Below are positions 10,700 through 22,923 of a DNA stretch of 64,000 nt, in pieces. Under the pieces are notes generated by a model. That model worked only from the letters and a program-made list of their open reading frames with translations. It was not told where the DNA came from and did no database searches. Source of the stretch: an uncultured Planctomycetota bacterium (GTDB lineage Bacteria; Planctomycetota; Planctomycetia; Isosphaerales; Isosphaeraceae). Both the position numbers and the translations under genes were made by a program. Every line of letters begins with the position of its first letter. Within the stretch, counting starts at the first letter, position 1. The DNA lies in contig CAWJTV010000013.1 of assembly GCA_963845755.1 (NCBI GenBank), forward strand, positions 64,001 to 128,000, given 5' to 3'.

Positions 10700-12325
10700 T
10701 TAAGGATTGGCCCGGGGAGTTGGGGCACGATCGCTTGAGTTGGATGAACTCACGCCTGACCCTGTCGCCGCGTCTCCTCGTCGTTCCCTGGCAGGCCCCG
10801 CCGCATCGCTCGAACCCGATGAACTCTCATCCATTTCCCCACCCCTCGCCCTGGCCGAGACGCGCGTGCCGCCGCTCATCATGCGTCGCATTTGCTGCAT
10901 CATGCCGTCGGCCTGATTGCCGCGGTTACGGTCCTCCTTGGCTCCTTCCATCATACGCATCATGCCGCTCATGTTGTCCGCCGACCGATCGGACTGCGCA
11001 ACCCGTCGTTCCATCTCGCCGAATCGTCGTTCCAGCGCGGCGAGCCGTTCCTCCAGGGCGACGACCCGTGATGCAAGCGTCTGCGGCCGGCCATCGGAGG
11101 GAGCGGTCGGCGTGGTCGTCGCGCCTCCCGGCAGGCCGGGAGCCGGGGCGGTATCTGCTCCGGGCGCCATGAGGGGCTGAGGGATCGCGCCGGGCTGGGG
11201 GATCGCGCCGGTTGAGCGTGGAATGGTGTCGCTAGTCGCAACCGCCAGGGTCTCGGCGGTTGGGCGTGGAATAGTATCGCCTGCCGCAACGTGGGGGCGG
11301 GTTTCCGGCCGGGCCTCGGTTCCGGCGGCGGTCTTGCTCGATCCTCCCAGGGCCTCGAGGATCCGATCGAGCTTCCGCTCCAGGGCGCTGAGCCGGTCGT
11401 CTCCCGACGGGCCGGTGCCGGGGTTCCCGGGGCTTTGCGCGAGGACGCCGATCCCTGCGGTGACGACGATCGCGGAGGTGATGCCCAGGACGAGCCCTTT
11501 GAACTTGGCGATGAGCATGGCTTTGAGAACTCCTTGGGTCAGGGTTGCGACCGAGGTCGAAGCGGCCTCGGCCAGGGAAGCACCGGCCGCGACGCGGGCC
11601 GCGGCCTCGATCGTCGAGCCCGCCAGCGCGGGCGGGATCAACAGGGCGCGGGCCTCGGGCGCCAGCGCGGCATTCAGGGTGAAGGATGAAGGGGCGAGTC
11701 CCCGCCGCGCGAGTCGTTCTCGCAGCAGGTCCTTGGCGCGGGCGAGCCGGCTGGAGAGCGTGCCCTCGGGGATGCCGAGCCGCTGCGCGGCCGCGTGCCG
11801 CGACAGGCCGTCGAGTTCGCAGAGGACCACCGCGCCGCGGTACCTCTCGGGCAGCCGGGCGAGTTCCTCGTCGAGGATCGACCGCAGCTCGTCGAGGTCC
11901 GCCGCGTCGGCCGGGTTCAATTCAGAAGGCGACATGGCGTGTGCCTTTCGGTCGCGCGCCTGGCGGCGACTGGCGCGGGCTCGCGCGTCCAGCGCCGTGC
12001 GGCATGCGACGCCATAGAGCCAGTTGGCCAACTGCTGCCGACACGCGATGGAGGATGCCTTCCGCGCCAGGACCAGGAATACCGCCTGGAAGGCATCCTC
12101 CGCTTCGTGCCGGTCGCCCAGCACCCGTCGGCAGACGCCCAGCACCATCGGGCCATATCGTTCCACCAGCGCCGCGAACGCCGCCTCCGCCGACTCGTCC
12201 CGGTCCAGACCCCCGACGCCGACGAATCGGCCCAGTAGCTCCTCATCGCCAAGATGGCCCGCCACGCCAAAGCGGAACAGTCCATCCAACTGCTTCCAGA
12301 CTCCACGCGATGGTGCGCCACGCAT
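10700..12325 (-). CDS. ECF sigma-70 factor with long low-complexity C-terminal extension (planctomycete type)
   Basis: DEELLGRF, AFAALVERYGPMVLGVCRRVL, AEDAFQAVFLVLARKA, LPERYRGAVVLCELDG, GTLSSRLARA; then a TM segment and Pro/Ala-rich tail. Confidence 0.92.
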   Translation of the reverse strand: MRGAPSRGVWKQLDGLFRFGVAGHLGDEELLGRFVGVGGLDRDESAEAAFAALVERYGPMVLGVCRRVLGDRHEAEDAFQAVFLVLARKASSIACRQQLANWLYGVACRTALDARARASRRQARDRKAHAMSPSELNPADAADLDELRSILDEELARLPERYRGAVVLCELDGLSRHAAAQRLGIPEGTLSSRLARAKDLLRERLARRGLAPSSFTLNAALAPEARALLIPPALAGSTIEAAARVAAGASLAEAASTSVATLTQGVLKAMLIAKFKGLVLGITSAIVVTAGIGVLAQSPGNPGTGPSGDDRLSALERKLDRILEALGGSSKTAAGTEARPETRPHVAAGDTIPRPTAETLAVATSDTIPRSTGAIPQPGAIPQPLMAPGADTAPAPGLPGGATTTPTAPSDGRPQTLASRVVALEERLAALERRFGEMERRVAQSDRSADNMSGMMRMMEGAKEDRNRGNQADGMMQQMRRMMSGGTRVSARARGGEMDESSSGSSDAAGPARERRGDAATGSGVSSSNSSDRAPTPRANP

Positions 12326-12624
12326 CCCGATTCCTCCCGGCTCCTCGCCCCGCCCACGCCATCTACCACATACTTGAAGCGGACCGCCCGGCGCGTCCCT
12401 TTTTTCCCGCCGAAATTGGGATCTCCCCGTCCCACGCCGTTCGAGCGAACGTCATCGACGTCGCATCTTCCTCTCTTCGCGGCAGTTGCGTCAATTGGTC
12501 TTCCTCCTGGGCTCCCGCACCTCGGTTGGGACCACGCCACGGTGATCGAGGGTTTCCGGACGGCTTGACCCGCTCGACTTCCCCAGGATTCCCGGCACAC
12601 CCGGAGCCTCTCGGGATCAAGAGC

Positions 12625-12640
12625 TGGCACATGACTTGCT
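12625..12640 (+). promoter_or_regulatory. Sigma54 (-24/-12) promoter
   Basis: TGGCACATGACTTGCT = GG-N10-GC, close to the TGGCAC-N5-TTGC consensus, in an intergenic region. Confidence 0.75.
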
Positions 12641-12763
12641 ATTATCCAGATACCAGTAGACGCACGTTTGAGTAAAGTCGCATACGACGAGGGCGATGGT
12701 TGATCGGATTTCGTTGACCAGGCTCCTTGTCTTTTCGATCGTGATATTTGAGGAGGCATCCCC

Positions 12764-13755
12764 ATGTTTTGGCGATTGAAGAACACCCTGCATGATACCG
12801 GCGACCACGCCCTGTGCCGTCGTTCGCGGCGCTGTGCACCCAGTCTTTCCGGGTCGGCTGCGTGCCTCGAGGATCGCCTCGTCCTCTCAGCCGTGGGTGG
12901 GGGCGAGCATGTCGCGCATGTCGCCCATCACGCGGTCCGGAGGGGAGTCCATGACCTACGAGGTGGCGTCAAGGTGCAGGTTTCGCACAAACACGACGTC
13001 GCGATGGCTCGCAGCCACGCGCTGCATGCATCAAACGCTGCCATGAATGATTATGCCGACCCGCCGGCTTCGCTCGTGTTTTCCTCGAGCGGCAGCTCGA
13101 ACACATCGGCCTCGAGCGGCAGCTCGACCGCATCGGCCTCGAACATGACCTCGGCCTCGATGACCTTCGCGCCAACACCGGCGGCGTCCGTAGCGACACC
13201 GACAGTCGGGTTGAAGGCTTTCCACGCGTTCGGACAGCCTAAGCCGCTCAACTTTTCCGATTTCCGAATGGGGACAGTGGGCGGGAGTGGTGGTGGTAGC
13301 CGATCCGTGGTCACAAGCACGACCAGGACCCGTGTGGGCGGGGCGACCATCCCGGGGATCGTCGGCGCCTCGCTTGGGTCCACGGCTGGGCGACGACCTC
13401 GACCACGGGGACGACCTCGACCACGGGGACGACCTCGACTGTGGTCCCGACCACGACCGCGATCCCCACCACGACTGGGGGGACAACCACGATCTCGAAC
13501 GCGACCGTGCCCTCAGGTTTGACCTCGGGCACGACCCTGTCTTCGGGGACGCCGGTGTCCGTCTCGAGCTCGGGGACGGTCACCTCCGCGGGGACGGTCA
13601 CGTCGGTGGGCCAGTTGCCGTTGAGCCAGTTGTCGATCTCCAACCCGGTTACGGTCGTCACCACGCCGGTCAACGCTTCGCTGGCCAGCACCTCACCCCT
13701 GATGTCGCCGGTGACCAGTTCCTTCGCCGTCAACCTGACACCGGTCGTCGTCTAG
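12764..13755 (+). CDS. Ser/Thr-rich putative secreted protein with LEDRLVLS motif (frameshift near 13385)
   Basis: Arg-rich N-terminus followed by CLEDRLVLS; Thr/Ser-rich body with 18-bp ACGACCTCGACCACGGGG repeats (TTSTTG). Confidence 0.7.
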
Positions 13756-13983
13756 GAAGGTCGACGAATGGACGGTCGCCGCGCGGACGCCACTCGACTC
13801 CAAAACGAGCGGATCCTGCGCGAGATCGGTGCTCTTCCCGGGCGGCATGGCCCATCGATGTGGGCCTGCCGCCCACTGTACTGCGCCCGGCGATCAAGGC
13901 TTGCGTCGGGATTGGAAACTCGCTCCGATCACCGATCCGGAATCTCGAATCGGGACGCCGGAAACTCGCCTCAGCCTCGGTCC

Positions 13984-14595
13984 CTACTCGAGCACATCCC
14001 GATATCGGAGATATAGATTCTTTTCCTCTTCGACGACGGGCCCATGTTCGACGACGGGCCCATCGGGCGATTCCTTCGTGACCATCAGGAACCCGTCCTT
14101 CACCAGATACACCAACCCCAACGAATCGAGAATGCGCGCGAGATGCTCACCCAGGGTCGGTGTGTCGGCCGATGGCGGCCTCTTGACCCGAGAGTTCAAA
14201 GAGACCTCGGCCTCCTGGAGTCCGAGCGGGTCGACGTAGATCGGGATGCCGGCTGTGAGCTTGGGCACCTTCGGATTCTTCGTGGTGAGCGCCCGGATCT
14301 TCTTGAGTACGACATCCAACGGCGCATCATCGAGGTAAATCAAACTGCCTCCAGGCAGCTTGAGGGCGTCGTAAATCCCCTCGTCCCTGAGGTTCCTGTA
14401 GTACGACAATCTGTCCAGGAGGAGTGCCTGGCGGCGCCTCTGATCGTACAAGCCTACCAGGAGCGCCACGACGACAGTCAGGAGCAAGAGCGTGCTCAAC
14501 CGGACTCCGCGCACGAACCAAAGACGGCGCCGTTTCTGGGTTGTGGTGTCGGGCTGTGCTGCTGGCCAAACGGAAGGAGCAGACGTCGTGGTCAT
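13984..14595 (-). CDS. Hypothetical membrane-anchored planctomycete protein
   Basis: TM segment RLSTLLLLTVVVALL; GIPIYVDPLGLQEA motif; ATGA overlap with the upstream paralog. Confidence 0.7.
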   Translation of the reverse strand: MTTTSAPSVWPAAQPDTTTQKRRRLWFVRGVRLSTLLLLTVVVALLVGLYDQRRRQALLLDRLSYYRNLRDEGIYDALKLPGGSLIYLDDAPLDVVLKKIRALTTKNPKVPKLTAGIPIYVDPLGLQEAEVSLNSRVKRPPSADTPTLGEHLARILDSLGLVYLVKDGFLMVTKESPDGPVVEHGPVVEEEKNLYLRYRDVLE

Positions 14596-15128
14596 GGCAG
14601 GAGCCCTTCCTCGTCCTTCGGCTGCTCGATCATGGGATTCTCGATGGCGTCGGGCGTGGTGATCCAGATCGCACCGTCCTTCACCTCGCAGGCCAGGCCC
14701 ATCGGCTCCAGGATCGTACGAAGCTTCTCCCGGAACCGGGTCCTCCCCTGAGGATCCACCGGCAGACCCACCATCGGCGACTTCAGGGTCTTGCCGGTCC
14801 GTTGCAAGGCCTCCGGATCGACGTAGATCGGGATGCCTTTCGGCAACGACGCGGCCCACTTGCTCGACATCGTCTGGATCCGGTCGATCGCATCCTCCAG
14901 GGTCGTGCCCTGGGGCCAGTCCACGTTGAGCCAATTGTCAATGGCCCAGGTGATGTGGCCCACAGACCGGCCCTTGTAGGCCGCCAGCGCCTCACGCAGC
15001 CGCGCCTCCCGGCGCTGCTCCCGGATCAGGGCGTATCCCAGTACCAGGATAACCATCAACAGCAGCGCGGTGCTGAGTCGGATCGGCCATCGCCGCGATG
15101 GGGCTGACAGGGCGTCGATTGGGACCAT
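14592..15128 (-). CDS. Hypothetical membrane-anchored protein, paralog of downstream gene
   Basis: RLSTALLLMVILVL; GIPIYVDPEALQ; LEPMGL..EVKDG matches LDSLGL..LVKDG in the neighbour. Confidence 0.7.
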   Translation of the reverse strand: MVPIDALSAPSRRWPIRLSTALLLMVILVLGYALIREQRREARLREALAAYKGRSVGHITWAIDNWLNVDWPQGTTLEDAIDRIQTMSSKWAASLPKGIPIYVDPEALQRTGKTLKSPMVGLPVDPQGRTRFREKLRTILEPMGLACEVKDGAIWITTPDAIENPMIEQPKDEEGLLP

Positions 15129-15273
15129 GGGACAGAGAGTCGAGGATGTCACGAAGCACACGAAAAGCACCGCTCGATTCACCGCAGTATGCCATGCCCG
15201 CGGTGTCTCTTCCAACCTGCCGAAGCCCCGAGGGGCCGTCTTCCCGTTTTCGCGGCTTTCGTGGATTTCCCAG

Positions 15274-15763
15274 TCACGACTCGATCGCCGCCATCGCGGA
15301 ATGGGCGAGCCGGTAGACCAGCAGCGGCGCGCGTTTGCGCGTGACGGCCGCGGCGACCTCGCAGCGGAGGTGTCCGCTGGCGTGCTGGAGGTGTTCCAGG
15401 ATGATGTCAGGCCCGTGCTCTCGCTCGGTCTTGCCGTCGACGGACGCGACCGCCACCATGAGCCGGGAGGCGTCGGGGAACGGGGTGACGTCCACGACGT
15501 GGAGGTTCCGCAGCACGGCGTCGCCGCAATCGGCGAAGACCTCGTCGAGCGTGATCGCCACCTGCCGGCAAAGCTGGCAGGCCTTGCGGTTGACCGGTCG
15601 GCCCTGCGGCCCGAATGCCGAGCCCCGGACCGGGCCCGGACAGGCGGCTCCGCCCGCCGCGACCGATCCGCCGAGGCGCCAGCCGCGGGTCCAGCCCGTC
15701 TTCCTCGCCGAGCTCGGCGCACAGGCCGCGCATTTGCACTTTTGATGGAAAATGATGTCTCAT
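15274..15763 (-). CDS. RbfA-like (KH-fold) protein, divergent paralog (frameshifted)
   Basis: NRKACQLCRQVAITL...LHVVDVTPFPDASRLMVAV...LQHASGHLRCEVAAAVTRKRAPLLVYR follows the RbfA pattern. Confidence 0.7.
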
Positions 15764-16323
15764 AATCGCTCTCACGGATAAGAATCTCGTAGGCAGTACG
15801 CGGTGGGGAGTAGGCAGTCGAGATGAATCCGATAAGACAGGCCGGCGCGTGCCGGACCTGCCTTCTCTCCGAAACTGCCCATTGACAGCGATGAGAGCCT
15901 GATTCGGACGCGCACGGGCGCTTTGGTGCGGCGCCGGCCGTCACGGTGCGTGACCTCTTCGTAAACCTCGCGGTGCGAGGACTACCGGGACCCGGGCGCG
16001 GGACTCAGGCTCGACGACACACTCATGGAGAGACTCATTCGCATCGTCAGCCTCCTTCGGGTCGCTTCCCATTGAGACATGGAAATGGAGAGCGTGCGGT
16101 CGCGACATATCGCGATCGACATCGTAATCATAGTCGCGCAACGGCCGGGGATCAACCCAATTCCGCTTTCGTCGTGGCCGGTGGCACGTGGCCAGTAAAG
16201 ACCAACCCTCCTTTTGCCGCTTGTCCCTTGCCAATTGCCACTTACGATCGTGTCGGACTCATATCCAGATCGCCGGCGCGGGGGTATAATCGATCGGAAA
16301 TCCACGCGATCAGGAGCCGACTG

Positions 16324-17705
<1,382 letters not shown>

Positions 17706-17709
<4 letters not shown>

Positions 17710-18301
17710 ATGTCCGAATCATCCCCGAGGACGAGGTCAATGATCAATTTATCTTGAAACCCTTGTTCGAGGCCATGCTCAAGAGGCTTGGGAAGAGGGA
17801 TGCGCGGGTGAAGATCCACCCGCCCGACCCCGCGGGTTGGGAAGGCGTGAAGCAGTGGAAGCAGATCCAGCAAATCCTGGATGATTTCTCGGAAGCCCAG
17901 CTTTTCATCCTCTGCGTTGATCGGGATTGCCACGAGTCAGCGGGAGCGGATCTTGGCCGAGCTGGAGGCACGCGCGAACGAGAAGCTCCAATACCCACGG
18001 CGCCTGCTTCGTCGCTGCGCAGGCATGGCAGGAAGTCGAGGTCTGGGCCCTGGCCGGGATCGATTGGCGGCTCAAGCCGAGGTGGACCTGGGAGACGATC
18101 CGCAGCGAACGCGATTCCAAGGAGCATTATTTCGAGCCGGTCGCCAAGGATCGGGGTCTATTCGGCCTGCGCGGCCAAGGACGAAAAGAACTGGGCGCGG
18201 AGGCCGCGCGCAATTACGCCAGGGTCCGGCAGAATTGCCCGGAAGTCCGCGAACTGGAGGACCGGATTCGCCGATGGATCGCCACCATGCCTCACAGGTA
18301 G
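17706..18301 (+). CDS. DUF4276-like/TOPRIM-like partner of the ATPase (frameshifted)
   Basis: IIPED, LCVDRD (DxD), QEVEVWALAG; ATGA coupling to the ATPase. Confidence 0.7.
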
Positions 18302-19997
18302 CCCAGATCGGCCAGGCGCTGCTGGATGGCGGCGTCTTCTTCGGCGGTGTAGGGCGAGTCGATCGGTGCCGAGCTGGCGCGTGGGCGCCGGCAGGCGGCC
18401 GTGGCGAGGGCCGCGGCGGGACGGGCACGTCGTCGCGGGATCGCCGCCGGATCGAGGACCTCGGTCAGGACGCGGCCATCCATGTCGGCGGGGACCGGGA
18501 TTCCCAGCAGGTGGAGCACGGTCGGGGCGATGTCGAGCAGCTCGGCGCCTCGGGGCGCGGACCCGGTCCGGAACGCCGGCCCGGTGCCGATGAAGACCCC
18601 CTCCATCCGATGGTCGCCCGTCGGACCGAATGCCGGCGAGATCACCCGATGCGTCGTGAAGTCGTGCAGGCCGATCGTGCGATAGCGCCAGTCGTTGAGC
18701 ACCACCGTCAGGTCGGGGGCAAGGTAGGCGTGCGGGCCGTCGTAGAGCTCCTCGGCTTCGTAGACATGTTCGACCAGCGGCTGACCCGTCTCAGGATGGG
18801 GGATCGTCTTGAGTGCCGCCTTCAGGTCTTCGAGGAGCGGGCGGGCGTCCGCGGGGGCCACGCACCCCTGGGGCTGCCGCCCCTGGAGATTCAAGAAGAT
18901 CTGGCCGAAGTTGCCCTGTGCGTAGGCGCGGGTCCGCGACCAGTCGATGTGCCGCCGCGACAGGAACAGCGACTCGCCCAGCCGGTCGAGCCGGCTGGCC
19001 TGCTTGCCGCGGAACCGGCTGACCCGATGGCTCCCCAGTCCCAGCCGGCTCATCACGTCGTAGATCCACTCGGGAGTGATCCCCCGGCGATAGCACCAGG
19101 CTTTCTGCTTGACGTAGAACGAGTCCTGAAGCGCGATGTCACCCCGCTCCAGCAGCCAGACGTTGAAATTCACGTAGTGCTCGATCGGCCCAAAGCCGTG
19201 GTCGCTCATGAGCATCAGGGCGGTATCCGGCGGCAGCTCGGCCTCGATGGTCGCCGATCCATCGGTCGAGCGTCTGCCAGAAATGGATCAGCCGGGGCCG
19301 CAGCGCGGCCAGCTCGCGCTCGCGTCCCCGCGCCACCCGATGGGTCAAGTCCCAGACGTGCCATAACTCATGCTGCAAGCGATCCGTCGCCATCAGGTCG
19401 AAGAGGAACAGGTCCCAATCGCACCGGTTCATCAGGAACGAGACGGTGCGCAGATGCTGCTCCAGGAAGTCCTGCAAGTCTTCGAGCACGGCCGACTCGT
19501 TGCCGCCGTCGTGGATGGCCGTCGCCCAGGGACGATACGGCCCAACCGACGTTCTCCAGCTCGGCGAAGAGCTCCGGGTCGCTGCTGAAATCCGGCGCCG
19601 ACGCCGGGCTGAGGAAATCGCCCAGGAAGAACCCGGGGAACCGCCCGGCCGGCCGCGGCGGGTAGCTCATCGGCACCCCGCCGGCCACCGTCCGCTTCCC
19701 GTGCTGCGCCGCGATCTCCCAGATCAGCTTCGACTGGACCGCCCGCGAGGAGTTGACGCGACCCTCCAACGGGTCGTGCCGGTGCTCCACGAACTCGAAG
19801 ATCCCGTGCTTCCCCGAGTTCTTCCCCGTCATCACCCCCGTCCAGGCCACCGGACTCAACGGCGGAAATACCGAGCCCAGCATCCCCCATGAGCCTTGCT
19901 CGCGCAACCGGGCCAGGTTCGGCAGCAAATCCTGCCGGATCAACGGCTCCAGCACGTCCCACGTCGCCCCATCCAAACCCAGAACCATGACCTTCAT
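18292..19997 (-). CDS. Alkaline phosphatase superfamily nucleotide pyrophosphatase/phosphodiesterase (frameshifted)
   Basis: VLGLDGATW, PPLSPVAWTGVMTGKNSGKHGIF, DRLQH, MSDHGFG, TGDHR, C-terminal RLADLGYL. Confidence 0.9.
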
Positions 19998-20614
19998 CGC
20001 GACGATTTCCTTTCCGGAGCCCCGGTTTTCCGACCGCCTCATCTCACAAGAATGTCACAGCGATGACCACTCCTCGCCACGGTGATTGGCTCGACCCTCA
20101 CCATATTTCACATTTTGCGCTTGTTTTGTGAAACCTCAAAATCACCATCTTACTTTCTCTCAACCCAGATACACCACCGCCTGCAAATTATCCAGGCTTT
20201 TCAGATTTACACGACAGCCGGATGTGGGAGAGCGGGGGTATGCTGGAGGGTGGATGCAATGCTCGGGTTCGGTCATAACCACTGCTAAGGTCATACCAGT
20301 CGGAGCCGGATTGTATGGGGAATGCTCAAAAGATGCAGCGCGAGGTTCCGCAACCGAGGACGAACTCCGAACGATCCCGGATCACGAATTCATAACCGAT
20401 TTCCTGGCAAGAAGAAGCGTCTACCGAGCCGCTGGGAAGGTCGATTTCGCGATCCAGAAACTTTGACGTCTGGAGAATTGTGAACGATTGAATGAAAAAT
20501 GCCGAGAGAATGAAATGACGGGGTAAGGAGCCGAACCGGATCGACGCGGGGGAAGCACCGTGCCCACCGCGTGGTACCCGTCTGCACCGGGCCGGCAAGG
20601 AGGAGGGTGTCATC

Positions 20615-21328
20615 ATGGGTCGGTTATTCGGCCAACGGGATGACTCGGGGTGCGGGGCCGACCGCAGTCGCCTGGGTCGCTGGCGGACTTCGACTCGCCG
20701 ACGTCCGCAGTGCGATGAGCTGGAGCCACGCCGGCTCCTGTCGAAGTCGGCGGCCCCGTCCGAGGGCTACCTCTCACCCGGGGCTGGGGAAGCGGCCAAG
20801 GCGCAGTCGCTGATGTCGAGCGTGGCGGGACCGGCCTTTCAGAAGTACGCCGGCGATCTGCAACGACTGGAGCAGTCCTCGGGCGTCACCCCGGCCCAGT
20901 TCGCGAAGCTGAAGAACGATGTCGAGCAACTCGCGGTGGACATCGATTCGTCCGACGAGATGTCCGGCACGGATGCCGAGGACGAGTCCCAGCAGTTCAT
21001 CATGGTCCAGAACGCCGTTGACCAGGCGTTCGTCGGGACAACCTATACGAAGGCCGACTGGAATGCGTTGGAGACGGAGATGGCCAATGGCCTCTACAAC
21101 GTCACCCTCACGACCAATCTCCCCCAGCAAACCATGAGCGAGATGAGGGTGATCGCCCGCGCGGCTCACATCACGGCGGCCGAGAGCCAGCAACTGACGG
21201 CGGACCAGCAGGCTCTTGCCACGGCCCTGGGTGCCCACGCCACCTCCACCCTGGGTGGCAGTACCCCGCGAAATCCGGTGGTCGTTTACTATGAGGGGCA
21301 GCTCAGCCAATTCGTCCACAAACGGTGA
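20615..21328 (+). CDS. Hypothetical secreted protein with LEPRRLLS motif
   Basis: GGAGG RBS; RRRPQCDELEPRRLLS; host-like codon usage. Confidence 0.8.
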   Translation: MGRLFGQRDDSGCGADRSRLGRWRTSTRRRPQCDELEPRRLLSKSAAPSEGYLSPGAGEAAKAQSLMSSVAGPAFQKYAGDLQRLEQSSGVTPAQFAKLKNDVEQLAVDIDSSDEMSGTDAEDESQQFIMVQNAVDQAFVGTTYTKADWNALETEMANGLYNVTLTTNLPQQTMSEMRVIARAAHITAAESQQLTADQQALATALGAHATSTLGGSTPRNPVVVYYEGQLSQFVHKR

Positions 21329-21714
21329 AGCCGGGCAACGCTCAGCTCGAGGACCGCACCGAGGGCGACGCCCGCGGCGTAGCAGACCAGGTCGCTCCAG
21401 AGGAAGCCGAAGCCCAGGACGAGGCCGCCCAGCGTCGTCCGGCGGATTGCGTCGATCCAGGGGGCGTGATAGAGCTGACTGACCTCAACCAGCGTGGAAA
21501 GTCCGAATGCCACGGCCGCGACCCGCCCAGTTCCGACCCGGGGAAAAACCAGACCGAGGAACAGAAACAGGGCGAGCGCCCAGAGTGTATCACCGGCGAA
21601 GCTGGCCAGAACCTGCGGCAGGTGACCGGCGAAGCGGCGGGAGCCGACGCCCAGTCCAACGGCGAGGGCCAGCAGGATCGTCGCGGCCATGGGGTGACGA
21701 TGAATTGTTCGCAT
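21289..21714 (-). CDS. DUF2809 family membrane protein
   Basis: GDTLWA, VEVSQLYHAPWIDAIRRTTLGGLVLGFGFLWSDLVCY. Confidence 0.88.
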   Translation of the reverse strand: MRTIHRHPMAATILLALAVGLGVGSRRFAGHLPQVLASFAGDTLWALALFLFLGLVFPRVGTGRVAAVAFGLSTLVEVSQLYHAPWIDAIRRTTLGGLVLGFGFLWSDLVCYAAGVALGAVLELSVARLHRLWTNWLSCPS

Positions 21715-21814
21715 GATCCTCATCGTGGTCATTAGGCGCGGAGAGTCGAGCCGAATGGTGAGGGCTGGGACAGAAACGAACCTCGGATCAACCCTGCTGA
21801 ATCGGAACCGGGCC

Positions 21815-22287
21815 ATGAAGACCAACGCCGTCCGACAGCTCGACAACCTGGGCATCCCCTACGAGCTGCGCCATACGACGTCGCCCCGGACGACCTCGCC
21901 GCCGAGACGGTGGCCCGAAAGATCGGCTTGCCGCCCGAGCAGGTCTTCAAGACGCTGATCGCCCGCGGCACGACGCACGGGGTCTGCCTGGCCGTGGTGC
22001 CGGGAGATACCCAGCTCGACCTGAAGGCGCTGGCCAAGGCGTCGGGCGACAAGAAAGTCGACACGGTCCCCCTCAAGGAAGTCGAGCCGCTGACCGGCTA
22101 CATCCGCGGCGGGGTGACCGCCCTGGCGTGCAAGAAGCCTTACCCAGTTTACCTCGACGAGACTGCCGACCTCTTCGATGTGATCGCTGTCTCCGCCGGC
22201 ATTCGGGGCCTGCAAATCCTGATCGCCCCGGCCGACTACATGCGTGTCACCAACGCCACACTCATTGCAATCGCCAAGGAGAAATAG
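21815..22287 (+). CDS. ybaK: Cys-tRNA(Pro) deacylase (frameshift near 21870)
   Basis: MKTNAVRQLD, QVFKTL, TGYIRGGVT, VSAGIRG. Confidence 0.92.
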
Positions 22288-22588
22288 GGCGGTCCCGACA
22301 CGTCCCACCGCACGACGCCTCCCGGGCCTCCGCTCGAGGGATCGGGCCTCTTTGATCAGATGATCCCTATTCTTGATCGAAGAATGGATGCGACGACCCA
22401 TCAACACTCCCATCATTGCGAGTTCTTCCATCGCCCGGAAACCCAACACATCTGCCTAGAGTCCGCGCCGTCTCGGCATCCCTCTCGAATGCGATCCCAC
22501 GCGGGCCGTTCGCGGTCGGTTAACACAAGTCGCGGGATCTCCAGGGTTTAGAAAAGCATCGTCTCGAACCTCTCCCGGCCGCGCGCCG

Positions 22589-22605
22589 TTGGCACGGGTC
22601 CTGCT
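22589..22605 (+). promoter_or_regulatory. Sigma54 (-24/-12) promoter
   Basis: TTGGCACGGGTCCTGCT = GG-N10-GC. Confidence 0.7.
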
Positions 22606-22615
22606 TAAATCATCT

Positions 22616-22793
22616 TGCGAAGCCGGAACCAACTGCTCCCAAGAACCGGAAACCCATCCAGCATCCGCGAAACCAAGAGCTTCTACGAATCACGCTCTCC
22701 CGATCCCGGGAGTTGACTCTCTACCAGGAATCACGAGCAAGCGTCGTTCTCCCTGGCTGTGCCCGGCCCCCTCGTGGGGGGCCGGGCTTTTTT
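22616..22793 (+). ncRNA. Candidate sigma54-dependent small RNA (~180 nt)
   Basis: Lies between a sigma54 promoter and an intrinsic terminator; contains no ATG. Confidence 0.55.
22761..22793 (+). terminator. Rho-independent terminator
   Basis: GCCCGGCCCCC-loop-GGGGGCCGGGC stem followed by TTTTTT. Confidence 0.9.
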
Positions 22794-22923
22794 CATTTCT
22801 ACGCCGTAAATACCCTGGGTTCAAGACTTACGGCTTTCCACAGATTCCACAAAACCCACGATTGGGTATCAATTCGCACGGTTTTGAGTATCAGAGTGGG
22901 TATCAGCGAAGCACCTGGCAGGG

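Noticed and set aside
13390..13445. 18-bp tandem repeats as CRISPR-like or regulatory array
   Set aside because: No spacers; they encode TTSTTG repeats inside a Thr-rich protein.
16217..16233. Possible sigma54 promoter for the RbfA-like leader (TTGGCAAGGGACAAGCG, minus)
   Set aside because: GG-N10-GC spacing fits but the -12 element lacks TT; too weak to call.
20080..20600. AT-rich intergenic region with TTTCACA...TGTGAAA inverted repeat as ncRNA or small gene
   Set aside because: No terminator, RBS-supported ORF or recognisable RNA motif; consistent with a divergent promoter region.
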